NCBI RefSeq assembly: GCF_030028105.1
Contig: NC_092382.1
Coordinates: forward strand, 85,770,198 to 85,834,197
Origin: Mobula birostris
Lineage: Eukaryota
Direction: 5' to 3'
Length of the DNA: 64,000 bases
Below the pieces are notes generated by a model. The model worked only from the letters and a program-made list of their open reading frames with translations. It was not told where the DNA came from and ran no database searches. Position 1 is the stretch's first letter. Each line of letters begins with the position of its first letter. The position numbers and the translations under genes were made by a program. Below, piece after piece: positions 35,651 to 46,979 of the stretch.

Positions 35651-36591
35651 CAGTAACTCTTCTAAAGATGTATTTTCATCAATGTAACAGGATTCAGCAC
35701 GCTGCGATCATGTGCTATTCTGAACTGAAATGAAAGGCCAACCCAGAGAGATGAAGAAATCATCACAGTAGAACGGTGATTCCCTCTGGGGGCGGTTACG
35801 TGTCCTAAGATGGCTTTAGGAACAAATAACACTCGCCAGGGGGGCGTTCAAGATTCCTGATGGGGCGGTAATCTGTCTCGAACTTGAAGCACCAGACCTG
35901 ACCGACCGTTAGTAGAACAGGCACTTCCAAAAAAAGATGTGGCGCTGGGACACAGGAAGAAGCATAGCACTGCAGGCCTTGAGCATTCGTCATCACAACG
36001 CATCTGACACTCGGCAATCTCGTCCGACCATACAAATGTCACGGACGTTGTTGGGGATGCTTAAATTAGCAACGAGGGTGCTCGACAGTTCGCCTTGACT
36101 TGCGGCACTAGGGGTGAAATAGGTTGGGAAACACTGCTATTGAAAAAGAGTTAGCCAATAGATGAGTGTAATTGTCCATGGATGAGATTCCCACAATGTG
36201 AGCAAACGAGGAAAGCGTCCAACGTCAGGCTCAAACTGAAGACCTCTTCCCAGAAACTGAGTGGTTCCTTGTGTCAATACAGGACCAGGCAGTTGACACA
36301 AAAATAACAAAAATGCACATTAAAAGACTAACAAGTTCAAGACGAAGTATGCTGTGCCTCTCTCGGGCTCCAAAGCAGAATCTGTCAATTGAAACGAGAA
36401 ACATTGGAGTATCCAACAACAATTAATTTCAATCTGGTTACTTACACAGGCACCATCAAGTGGCAAGCATCATTCACCAGAATCTTGCTTTAGGAATCAA
36501 AGTCATGAAAGACCCTATAGTTTACTATAAACTCTTGCCTGATCCCGTTTTGGAGTTGGAGTCTGACAATTATATTACGACCAACCCATTA

Positions 36592-37941
36592 CACTGGACA
36601 ACAAAGATTTTGCTTCCTGAATACCTCTAGGTGTATCTTTTGAATTCTGGGCTACTGATCATGAAAATCATGATGAAATTTCCCTATCACACACCATTTT
36701 TAATAAACTTATGTTCATGATTTCAATTCATAATTCAAGTCAATTAAAATGTTGCCTACAATGTAAGCTGGAAAGTTTCTTATCTTGTCCAGGCATGCTT
36801 GGGCATGCTTAGGCAGCGTGGCAGCTGCATGGCAGGACAGGTTTTAGTAATAATTATTGGGTTCAGGACTGTAAGGATGGAATTTGCTCTCACCAGGCAC
36901 AAAAATTACTCTGAAGGATTTTGAAATTTGAGACAGATGCTTCCCAGAATAACTGATGCAAAGATTAAGGAAAGCCTTTTTGTTGGTCCACAATCAAACA
37001 GGTCATCAATAGAACATAGGACATAGAATAGTACAGCACACTACAGGCCCTTCGGCCCACAATGTTGTGCCGACCTTCAAACCCTGCCTCCCATATAAGC
37101 CCCCACCTTAGATTCCTCCATATACCTGTCTAGTAGTCTCTTAAACTTCACTAGTGTATCTGCCTCCACCACTGACTCAGACAGTGCATTCCACACACTA
37201 ACCACTCTCTGAGTAAAAAACCTTCCTCTAATATTCCCCTTGAACTTCCCACCTCTTACCTTAAAGCCATGTCCTCTTGTATTGAGCAGTGGTGCCCTGG
37301 GGAAGAGGCGCTGGCTATCCACTCTATCTATTCCTCTTATTATTTTGTATATCAATGACAGGCAATTTGAAGAATTTCTACTGGGACCGGAGAAAATCAT
37401 ATGGAAGGCATTCAAGGAAGTTGTTGATTTTTTTTCTCGGCATCTACAGAGCACCATGCTACATGCAGCTGGTTGAAAGCATGCTTCGAGCATATGAAAC
37501 CATGAAATGCAACATGTCACTAAAGGTTCATTTTCTGCATTCCCATTTAGACTTCTTCCCTGCAAATCTCAGTGCTGTTCGTGACGAACATGGTGAAAGG
37601 TTTCACCAGGACATCGCGGTCATGGAGAAAAGTTGCCAGGGCAACTGGAATCCATCAATGCTGGCGAATTATTGTTGGATACTTAAGCGAGAAGCCTCAG
37701 ACACTGAGTACAAATGAAAATCATAAACAAAATATGTTTAACTTAGTTGAACTATTGCAAAGCATCAGCACCATTAAGCAATTAAACATATTATAGTCGA
37801 TAAAAGTTAATTTGTTATTTCTCCAAATTCCTACGTGATACAAGTAGTCTGAATTTATATTTGTGTTAATCTTCAAGCAGTCTATCATAAATAAAAAAAA
37901 ATCTGAGGAAGCAACACTTTTGAAAGATTTGTTGTCCAGAT
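36592..37941 (+). mobile_element. Chapaev3-like (CMC superfamily) DNA transposon, internally deleted
   Basis: TIR CACTGGACAACAA...TTGTTGTCCAG, left flank TTA. Transposase C-terminus KIKE..FVGPQ...MSLKVHFLHSHLDFFP.NL.AV.DEHGERFHQDI...MLANYCW. Confidence 0.75.
37011..37350 (-). mobile_element. CR1 3' end inserted in the Chapaev transposase
   Basis: FFTQRVVSVWNAL, with TSD ATCAAT at 37005-37010 and 37351-37356. Confidence 0.88.
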
Positions 37942-38137
37942 AGGGCGATACATGATCCCCATCCGGATATCACAGGGTAAACATGCAAAGACAATTTACT
38001 TGATAGGTACAGCAACTCCTACACACAACACACAGAAATCAGTATGAGAAAATCACCAGGAATATGCTGAATTGATAGAGGAAAATGAAAGTCTGCGATT
38101 CATGAGCAGGGTAAACATTGTCCCAATTGTAGTGTAT

Positions 38138-38470
38138 GCATTGATCGTGTGGATATTCAGAGGCTTTTTCCCGGGGCTGAAATGGTTGCCACAAGAGGAC
38201 ACAGGTTTAAGGTGCTGGGGAGAAGGTACAGAGGAGATGTCAGGGGTAGGTTTTTTTATGCAGAGCAGTGAGTGGGTGGAATGGGCTGCCAGCAACGGTG
38301 GTGGAGGCGGATAAGATAGGGTCTTTTAAGAGACTTTTGGATAGGTACATGGAGCTTAGAAAAATAGAGGGCTATGGGTAAGGCGAGTAATTTCTAAAGT
38401 AAGGACATGTTCGGCATAAATTTGTGGGCCGAAGGGCCTGTATTGTGCTGTAGGTTTTCTATGTTTCTAT
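38138..38470 (+). mobile_element. CR1 3' end
   Basis: CR1 3' UTR and TTTCTATG tail. Confidence 0.85.
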
Positions 38471-38900
38471 ACGACTGGTGTCATCCCAAAATCACTACAC
38501 AATAACGTTAAACAATTGGACCTGCCGGAAAATAATAAACACTGCTAGAAAAGGCTGAACATTCATCGGAACTGAGAAATGAGTTCCTTGTCTATGTCTA
38601 TTTCTCAGTTTTAACTGAGAAAAAATAAAAACAACGTTAAACATGCGATTGTACTGTGGTGAATACAGGGCAGCTTCAACGTGCAGTTTGCACGGGTGGA
38701 AATTTATGAAAAAATCAGGAAGCGATGTGACATTTTTCCTTGAAGCAGAGTAAGCATTTATTTGCTCTATGGAGATTTGTCCAATTATGAACCAAATCCA
38801 GGAGTTCAGTAGTGTTAATCATTTCTCCTTGACAGGTTTATCTAATATGAAGGACAAGTACTGTAAGTTCGTGCAGACTGTTGACTTTCTTTTTCATTTC

Positions 38901-40030
38901 TGTCATGGTCCGGTTTGTGAAGTCTGCATTCCGGTTCACGGTCCGGTCCATCGATCCTTGTTCCAGGTTTCCTGTTTCCCCCCTTGTTCGGTTGGTGCCT
39001 TAATTGAGGCACCTGATTCTCATTTCGGTCTGGCACGCAAGTAGCTCTGCGAACCAGGGATTGTTTGCTGGACTGTTCCCTTCCCTCTTCCTGCCGCCTG
39101 AAACTTTCGCCTACAACCTCGTCAGTATGCCCGTCAAGTTCAACAGCTGCAGTGAGACCAGAGCCTTGCCACGCCAAGATAAGGAAGTTGAGTTTGGAAT
39201 GGTCTCTTCTTGCCTCCGTGTTTAGCGTCCGTGTCTAAGACGAGTCCCGGCCCTATGACCTGTTCCCAAGGAGGGGTCCTGGTTCTGTGTTCTCTGTTCC
39301 TGTGTTTCAAGTCCCAGGCTCTGTGGTCCTGTGCTTCAAGACCAAGTCCAGGATCTGTGTTCCAGCCCTGTCCATATCTGCGCTTCGTGTCCTCACCCAG
39401 TTCTGGTGCCTCGTCCAGCCCAGGAGTACTTCGCCACCTCGGTGCTGGAGATTCCTCGTCCTGTGCTGGATCGCCCGCATCCGAATCCTCGGCAGTCATC
39501 TCGGCGCTGCGTCCAAGAAAGGGTCCCGGTCCTGCGCTCCAAGTAGGGGTCCCGGCTCCGTACCCAAGAGCCTCACTAAGCCGAGTCCAAGAGCCGAGAC
39601 AAAACTAGTCCAAGAGCCTCGTCCTTCCCTGGAGTACCTCGTCTAGTCCAAGAACCTCGTCCTGTCCAAGTCAAGACTTTGTGTTCTCGTCTTGTCCATG
39701 TGCCTCGTCCTGTGCAAGAGTTCCACGTCCAGTCCTGTAGCCACGTCTCGTCCTCGCCGAGATCCGGGGTCCAAGCCCGATTCAAGACCTAGGTTCCTTG
39801 TCCCTGGCCAGTCTCTGGCTCGGGAGTCCTAGCCCAGGCTCCTAGTTCCAAGTTCCTTGTCCTGGTCCCGCTTTCCTAGTCTTAGTCCTAGCCCAGGCGC
39901 GGTGTCCTTGCCTCGTCCAGGGTCTGTGTCCATGTCCTGCTTCGTTCCTTCCTGACTCCCCTAGCTTTCTTGACAAACCTAGTCCTATTCCTAGAACTGC
40001 AGTGTCTGTGTCTTGCATTTGGGTCCGCTG
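38901..40030 (+). mobile_element. LTR of the same family, 3' terminus missing (in the palindrome spacer)
   Basis: Starts TGTCATGGTCCGG. Matches the family end gtgtctgtgtcttgcatttgggtccg, then stops short of TGACA. Confidence 0.72.
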
Positions 40031-43000
40031 CCAGGTGCAATTTTGCCGATTAGGACTTGAATGTCCCCGGATCCTCTCCCGCTTTATCATTACCGAAAGG
40101 GTTGTGGCTGTTACAGGAGCCGGAATATGGTGGGGAAATAAACATAAAAGGTAGGGTGAGTTCAATAATTGGTTGGAAGTGGATGTCGCGGTCTGAAGGT
40201 GTGAATGTGTATTTTCCTGTGTTTTGCCTCTCTCGGGCTTTAAAACAGTTTTACTCTCCCCGCTACCATATTCTCCCGTGTCAGTTCTGCAGTGTCAAGA
40301 TGGAAATCACCACAACCCCCTCTGAGAAGATCAGTTCTTTTGTTTATTAAGTAGTTGAATAATTGACGTGAGTGGGTATTTCGCCGCGCTAATGAGCTGC
40401 TCTCTGAACTTGGACTGAGTTACCCCATAAATAAGCGTTTGTGAGAGAGGCACAACACACTTCGTCTTGAACTTGTTAGACTTTTAATGTGCAGTTTTGT
40501 TATTTTTGTGTCATCTGCCCGGTCCTGTATTGACACAAGGAACCACTCAGTTTCTGGGAAGAGGACTCCAGCTTTCAGCCTGACGTTGGACGCTTTTCTC
40601 GTTTGCTCACATCGTGGGGATCTCATCCACGGACGTTTATGCTCATCTATTGTCTAACTCTTCCTTCTGTAGCAGTGTTTCCCAGCCTATTTCACCCCTA
40701 GTGCCGCGAGTCAAGGGGAACCGTCGAGCACCCTCGTTTCTGTGAGGTTGGTAAGGTCGGCCGAGATTGAAGAGAGGTTGCCGATGACTGCTCAAGGCCT
40801 GCAGTGCTTTGCTTCTTCCTGTGTCCCAGCGCCACATCCTGTTTTGGAAGTGCCTGCTCTGCTAAAGGTCGGTCAGGTCTGATGCCTCAAGTTGGGGGGG
40901 GGGGGGTCGCTGACCGCTCCACCAATAATCCTGAACGCCCGCCCCCCGCCCGGTGATCGTTATTTGATCCTAAAGGCATCTTCGGACACGTCACCGTCCC
41001 CAGAGGTAATCACTGTTTTATTGTGATAGTTTCTTCATATTTCTGGTTTAAGCTTTCATTTCAGTTCAGAATAGCACATGCTCGCACCGTGTTGGATCCT
41101 GCTTTCGTTGATGGATATATATCCTTAGATGATTGACTGTGAGTGGGACAGAGGGAGTGGAACTCCCCCAACACTGTGTCTGAGTGTCCTCAGCTCCCTC
41201 AACATCTCGCTACCTCCTCTCTCCATAGTGAGCTCACTTTATCTGTCACTCCTTTCCTCCCTACCCTTCACCCTCCTCTCACTCCTCAGCACACCATCCT
41301 GTTTCTCTCCTCCATCTTCTCTTACTCTCCCCTTCCTCCTCTCCTCCTCTCCGCTCACACTTTTACACCCATTCCGTCTCCCTCACCTCCCTCTCTTACT
41401 CCGCTCACCTTAACTTTCTATCACTCTCACTTCTCCCCTTTCTGTCTCCAAAGCACCACCATCATCACCCGCTGCCCCCCGCCCCCCAACCATGACAGAC
41501 TGACACTGAATCTCGGCCCGTGTTCACACCAGGATAGCACCCCGTCCTACGTCACAATGTGCGATGGTGACAGAGACACAATTGTCGACAAGGCAACCAG
41601 CCTTGGTGTTCTGTCTGGACATCGGAACTCACTGACATTCGGAGTCGGATGAAGCAGACACTGAGGGAGAGAGAACCAAGAGGAAGAGGGAGACTGGTGG
41701 AGGGAGAGTGAACGGGACAGACTGAGGAGAGTTGGGAGGGAAGTGTCCGAGGCGAGAAACAGAGGGGAGAGAGACGGCGGAAACAACCAGTGAGCGGAGA
41801 GAATGGCGGGAAGTGAAATGGACGTGGGTGAGAAATACATGGGGAGCGAGTGAGGGGGCAGAGAGTGGCGTTGGAGGGAATGGCAGAGGAGAGAGATTGG
41901 AGGGAATATGGGATGGAAGGAAGATGGGGAGTTAAACTGAGATAGAAACCAGGGATTGAGACGGTGGAGATAAGCGAAGTAAAGAGACGGGCGATTTGAT
42001 ACCTCTGTTGATCAGTGGGAGAGAAGCGGACAGGAATCGAAAAGGGCTGCTCATTTTAAATTGAGATGTATGGAAATTATTGGAATTCTAAATCTTCCTT
42101 GTAATTTCTTTTAGGATCAGTGACGTGTTTATCTATCTACCTAGCTGAGTTGAGTGTAGGTTTTTCTTAAGATTCGCTGCCCCGAGGGCGTGAAGGCAGG
42201 TGTCTGGGTACATTTGAGGTGGAGATAGAGGGGGAATGGGCACAGAAGCATAGATCAGTCACGGCCGTGTTGAATAAACATATTACCACAAGACTTCCTC
42301 CTCATCTCCCTTCTGAATTGACTTCCCTGTAGTTTGGGGGTGTGCCCCCGGTCCTGGGCTCTGCCTTAAGGGAAACATCCTGTCCACATCCTCCCTATCT
42401 CGGCTTTTCAGTATTCGGGAACTCCCCCTCTAAGCTCCAGCGGGAACAGGCACAAAAACACCAAATACCATGAGCTGTGGCCTTGTTAATCAGCCTCAGG
42501 TGCAGCACCTTGTTTGTTAAAGACCATCTGAAAATCCAAACAAACAACATTCACCGCTGTTCTTATTTCACCACAGAATTCCAACAGATTTATCTGGGAA
42601 TATTTCTCCCGAGGAAAACCATGCCGACTTTGGCTGTACTTTATCATCCGCTCCAAGTACCCTGAAACCTCATCATTAATGGACTCCAACATCTTCCCAA
42701 CTACTGAGGTCAGACTAACTGTCCTGTAATTTCATTTCTTATGCCTCCCTCCCCTCTTAAAGAATGGAGTGGCATTTGCAACTTTCTAGTCCGCCATAAC
42801 CATTCCCAAATCTAGTGATTCTTCAAATATCATGGCTCATTCTTTAAGAGGAAAATGAGGGGGAGCTTCTTCGCTCAGAGGTGGTGATATTGTGGAATGG
42901 GCTGCCAGAGCAAGTGGCCGGTTGGATTTCAACATTTAAGAGAAGTTTGGATGGGTTCATGGATGAGAGGGGTATGGGGGATATGGTCACGGCGGAAGTT

Positions 43001-43294
43001 GCTGGAATTTGGCAGATTGATGGGTTGGCACAGATTAGACTGGCCGTATGGCTTTACTCTGTGCTGTACTGCTCTATGACCCGAATGTCTGCACAAACTC
43101 TTCAGCTAATTGTTTCTAAACCCTTGAATGTACACCATCTGTCCGGGAGACTTGCCTGCCTTCTGTCATAATGGGGGAACCGGGGCGGACCCAAATACAG
43201 GTCACAAACACGTTTTGTAGTAGGGTTAACAAAATTGACTTCATTACTCGTTACAGGAAGAGCAAAACGGAAGCGGGAATAAGCGTACTGGACA

Positions 43295-44745
43295 TGTCAC
43301 AACGGGGGCGTTCGGAACGGACGTAAATGGAAGACACAGACACTGAAGTACAAGGAACAGGACTCAATTAGATTAGGGACGTGACAGGATACAGGCAAGA
43401 AGCAGGGACAAGAATGCAGACTTGGGTTTAAGAAAGTGGGACCAGGACTAGAAACCATGGACTAGGAGACAAGGCTTCGATTCCGAGCCCAAGACTGGAC
43501 AAAGACCCAGAACCTAGGTCTTGCCTTGGGCTCGGACTCCAGAACCAGGCAAGGACATGACATGGCTTCAGAGCAAGACGAGGCTGGGGTCTACAGGCCT
43601 GAGCTGGGAGACAGGCTGGGGTCCTGGGCCTTGAGCTTGGCTGCAGGCTGGGGTCCTGGACCTTGAGCTTAGCTGCAGGCTGGGGCCCTGGGCCCTGAGC
43701 TTGGCTGCAGGCTGGGGCCCTGGGCCCTGAGCTTGGCTGCAGGCTGGGGCCCTGGGCCCTGAGCTTGGCTGCAGGCTGGGGCCCTGGGCCCTGAGCTTGG
43801 CAGCAGGTTGGGGCCCTGGGCCCTGAGCTTGGCTGCAGTCTGGGGTCCTGGGCCCTGAGCTTGGCTGCAGGCTGGAGTCCTGGGCCCTGAGCTTGGCTGT
43901 AGGCTGGGGTCCTGGGCCTTGAGCTTGGATGCAGGCTGGGGTCCTGGGCCTTGAGCTTGGTTGCAGGCTGGGGTCCTGGGTCTTGAGCTTGGCTGCAGGC
44001 TGGGGTCCTGGGTCCTGAGCTTTGATGCAGGCTGGGGTCCTGGGTCTTGAGCATGGCTGCAGGTTGGGGTCTTGAGCTTGGCTGCAGGCTGGGGTCTTAG
44101 ATCTTCGAGGCTTGTGTTCTTGGAGCTTGGGTTGTGATCTTCAAGGCCTGGATTCTTGGACCTTCTCCTGGGCAGGACATGGAACTCCTGGGCAGGACAG
44201 GATACTTCACCCCACGGAGGTAAGGACAGGAAGGGGCCGACCCAACCACAGGGTAACGGCAAATGGCCTGCTTACCCGATGGAGACAAGGTACAGGAAGG
44301 GACAGAACCAACCACAGGGTTACGGCAATTACGGCCTGGCTTACCCAACAGAGGCAAAGACAGGAAAAGAGCTCAATCTGGGGTGGCTCTGAGTCTTGTG
44401 GCAGTCAGCAACCTTGGCTGGCTACAGAAACAGCCAATCCATACCACGATGACTGCTCTGACGAGTGGCAACAAGGCTCAATGAAGCGTTGGTCCTCCAA
44501 CCAGGCCGAGAGATCACGGATGGTTTCACTAGCCTTCCATCAGCAGGTTGCTCCAAAGGGGACTAACGAGACAAACCAGCAGCTCATACTCAACCCCAAG
44601 ACTACTTATATTCCAAGCTGAAAGATGGGAATCAGGTGCCCATGATTAACTCAACCAAACAAGGGACAGCTGGAAGACCCAGAGTCCTGAGTCCACGGAC
44701 CGGACCGTGAACCGGAATGCGGACTTCACGGACCAGACCATGACA
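43295..44745 (-). mobile_element. Solo LTR (inverted copy of 32039-33508)
   Basis: Same termini and flanks. Confidence 0.85.
43612..44097 (-). repeat. 32-bp minisatellite, CpG-free variant
   Basis: Unit ggctgcaggctggggccctgggccctgagctt on the + strand. Confidence 0.95.
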
Positions 44746-45200
44746 ACACAAGGACTCAGGCCCTGGACTAGGCTGGGACTCAGGGTCTGGGCTAGGACTC
44801 GGTGTCTTCCTCACCGCCGACTCAACCTACAAATTATCCTTTAAGGAATCCTGCACAAGTGCCGCCAAGTTTAGACTATTTGGAAAATAGTGTATTCGGT
44901 ACTTCGTTCCCCAATGTGCATGGCTATACACTTCGGGACACGGTATTCCATCTGCTTCATTTACGCCCTTTCCTCTAAACGCCAAAGTCCTTTTATAGCC
45001 TCTCTGATTCCTCAAAACTACCTGGCCCTTCAGCTCTCTTGATATGATCGGCAAACTTTGCAATACAGCTATTAATTCTGTCATCCAAGTCCTGTGGAAC
45101 ATCACTAGTCACCGGCAGCCAACCAGAAAACATCCCCGTTATTACTATCCTTTGCATCTGCCAATCAGCCACTGTTTTATCCATGCAATAATCTTTCCCA

Positions 45201-46014
45201 TGTCAAGTGACCGGTAACAATGAATATAGAATTGAGTCAGGTTTTATAAAAACAAACAAACATTTATTAATCTCTGCTCAAAAGTAGCAAAATGTATTTA
45301 AACGACTAACTTAATCAGAAGTTAACTGATCTACGGCAACTCTGAAACAGTTCTTAAAAGGGTAAATGCGAAAACAGTTCTTAAAGTGGTAAATTCGAAC
45401 CCAGTTCTTAGAATGGTAAATTCAAAAGTCCGAGAGATTTATACAGTCAGTTAGGAGAGACTTTCCTAAAGTAAAGAATTCCTCGAGGACGTGACATTAC
45501 TGCTGACCCCAGCCGGAACCTGCCTTGTCCGCAGGATTCACGGCGACGGAAATAAAATAGTTTAAAGGAACTGACCTTTTCCTCTGGAGAATAGTTACTG
45601 CACAATTCTTCCTGCTTTAGCAGAGGATATGTCAGATGCAGGTCACTATTTCTTGAACGAAGATTCAATAAAGGTCGATCCTCTCCAATATAGCTGAACG
45701 ACATCAGCTTTACTTGACTCTGTGAGTTCCTGTACTTTAGTAAGGTCTTCACTCTCCAATACTACTTACAGTAGAAAATAGACCTCCACTTTAGAGGGAA
45801 ACTAAACGAATATGCAGCATAACGGAGTATCTGACGAATTAAATAACAAACTAAACTTAAAACTCAACTGGAAAAACTAACTACATCGCACCAGAGGTCT
45901 CTCTTTATATACCTGGTGAGAACATGTCATCACGTGACCTCACATCGGTGGGAAAATTACATCATGTGACCTCCACAAGACGATTACATCATGCTCATCA
46001 CATACTTAATTACA
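45201..46014 (-). mobile_element. Solo LTR (inverted copy of 30769-31583)
   Basis: Reverse-complement similarity and TG...CA ends. Confidence 0.75.
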
Positions 46015-46920
46015 TCATAGAAACCATAGAAACTACAGCACAGAAACAGGCCTTTTGGCCCTTCTTGGCTGTGCCGAACCATTTTCTGCCTAGTCCCACT
46101 GACCTGCACACGGACCATATCCCTCCATACACCTCCCATCCATGTATCTGTCCAATTTATTCTTAAATGTTAAAAAAGAACCCGCATTTACCACCTCATC
46201 TGGTAGCTCATTCCATACTCCCACCACTCTCTGTGTGAAGAATCCCCTCCTAATGTTCCCTTTAATCTTTCCCCCCCTCACCCTTAACCCATGTCCTCTG
46301 TTTTTTTTCTCTCCCCTTGCCTCAGTGGAAAAAGCCTGCTTGCATTCACTCTATCTATACCCATCATAATTTTATATACCTTTATCAAATCTCCCCTCAT
46401 TCTTCTACGCTCCAGGGAATAAAGTCCTAACCTATTCAACCTTTCTCTGTAACTGAGTTTCTCAAGTCCTGACAACATGCTTGTAGACCTTCTCTGCACT
46501 CTTTCAACCTTATTTATATCCTTCCTGTAATTTGGTGACCAAAACTGAACACAATACTTCAGATTCGGCCTAACCAATGCCTTATACAACCTCATCATAA
46601 CATTCCAGCTCTTATACACAATACTTTGATTAATAAAGGCCAATGTACCAAAAGCTCTCTTTACGACCCTATCTATTTGTGACACCACTTTTAGGGAATT
46701 TTGTATCTGTATTCCCAGATCCCTCTGTTCTACTGCACTCCTCAGTGCCTTACCATTAACCCTGTATGTTCTACCTTGGCTTGTCCTTCCAAAGTGCAAT
46801 ACCTCACACTTGTCTGTATTAAACTCCATCTGCCATTTTTCAGCCCATTTTTCCATCTGGTCCAAGTCCCTCTGCAGGCTCTGAAAACCTTCCTCACTGT
46901 CTACTACACCTCCAATCTTT
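46015..46920 (-). mobile_element. Younger CR1 (inverted copy of 29866-30768)
   Basis: 193-aa ORF sharing idiosyncratic substitutions (RRSTSMLSG, RQGERKK) with the left copy. Confidence 0.9.
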
Positions 46921-46979
46921 GTATCATTGTATCATCATGGTCATAAGACAGTCACAAGATACCCATGAAGTATGTAACC

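Larger units (their letters stand above)
20694..36364 (+). repeat. Left arm of a large inverted segmental duplication
   Basis: Reverse-complement matches to 40443-58310 in colinear order, including intron, ZNF exon, CR1s, LTRs and unique sequence. Confidence 0.92.
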
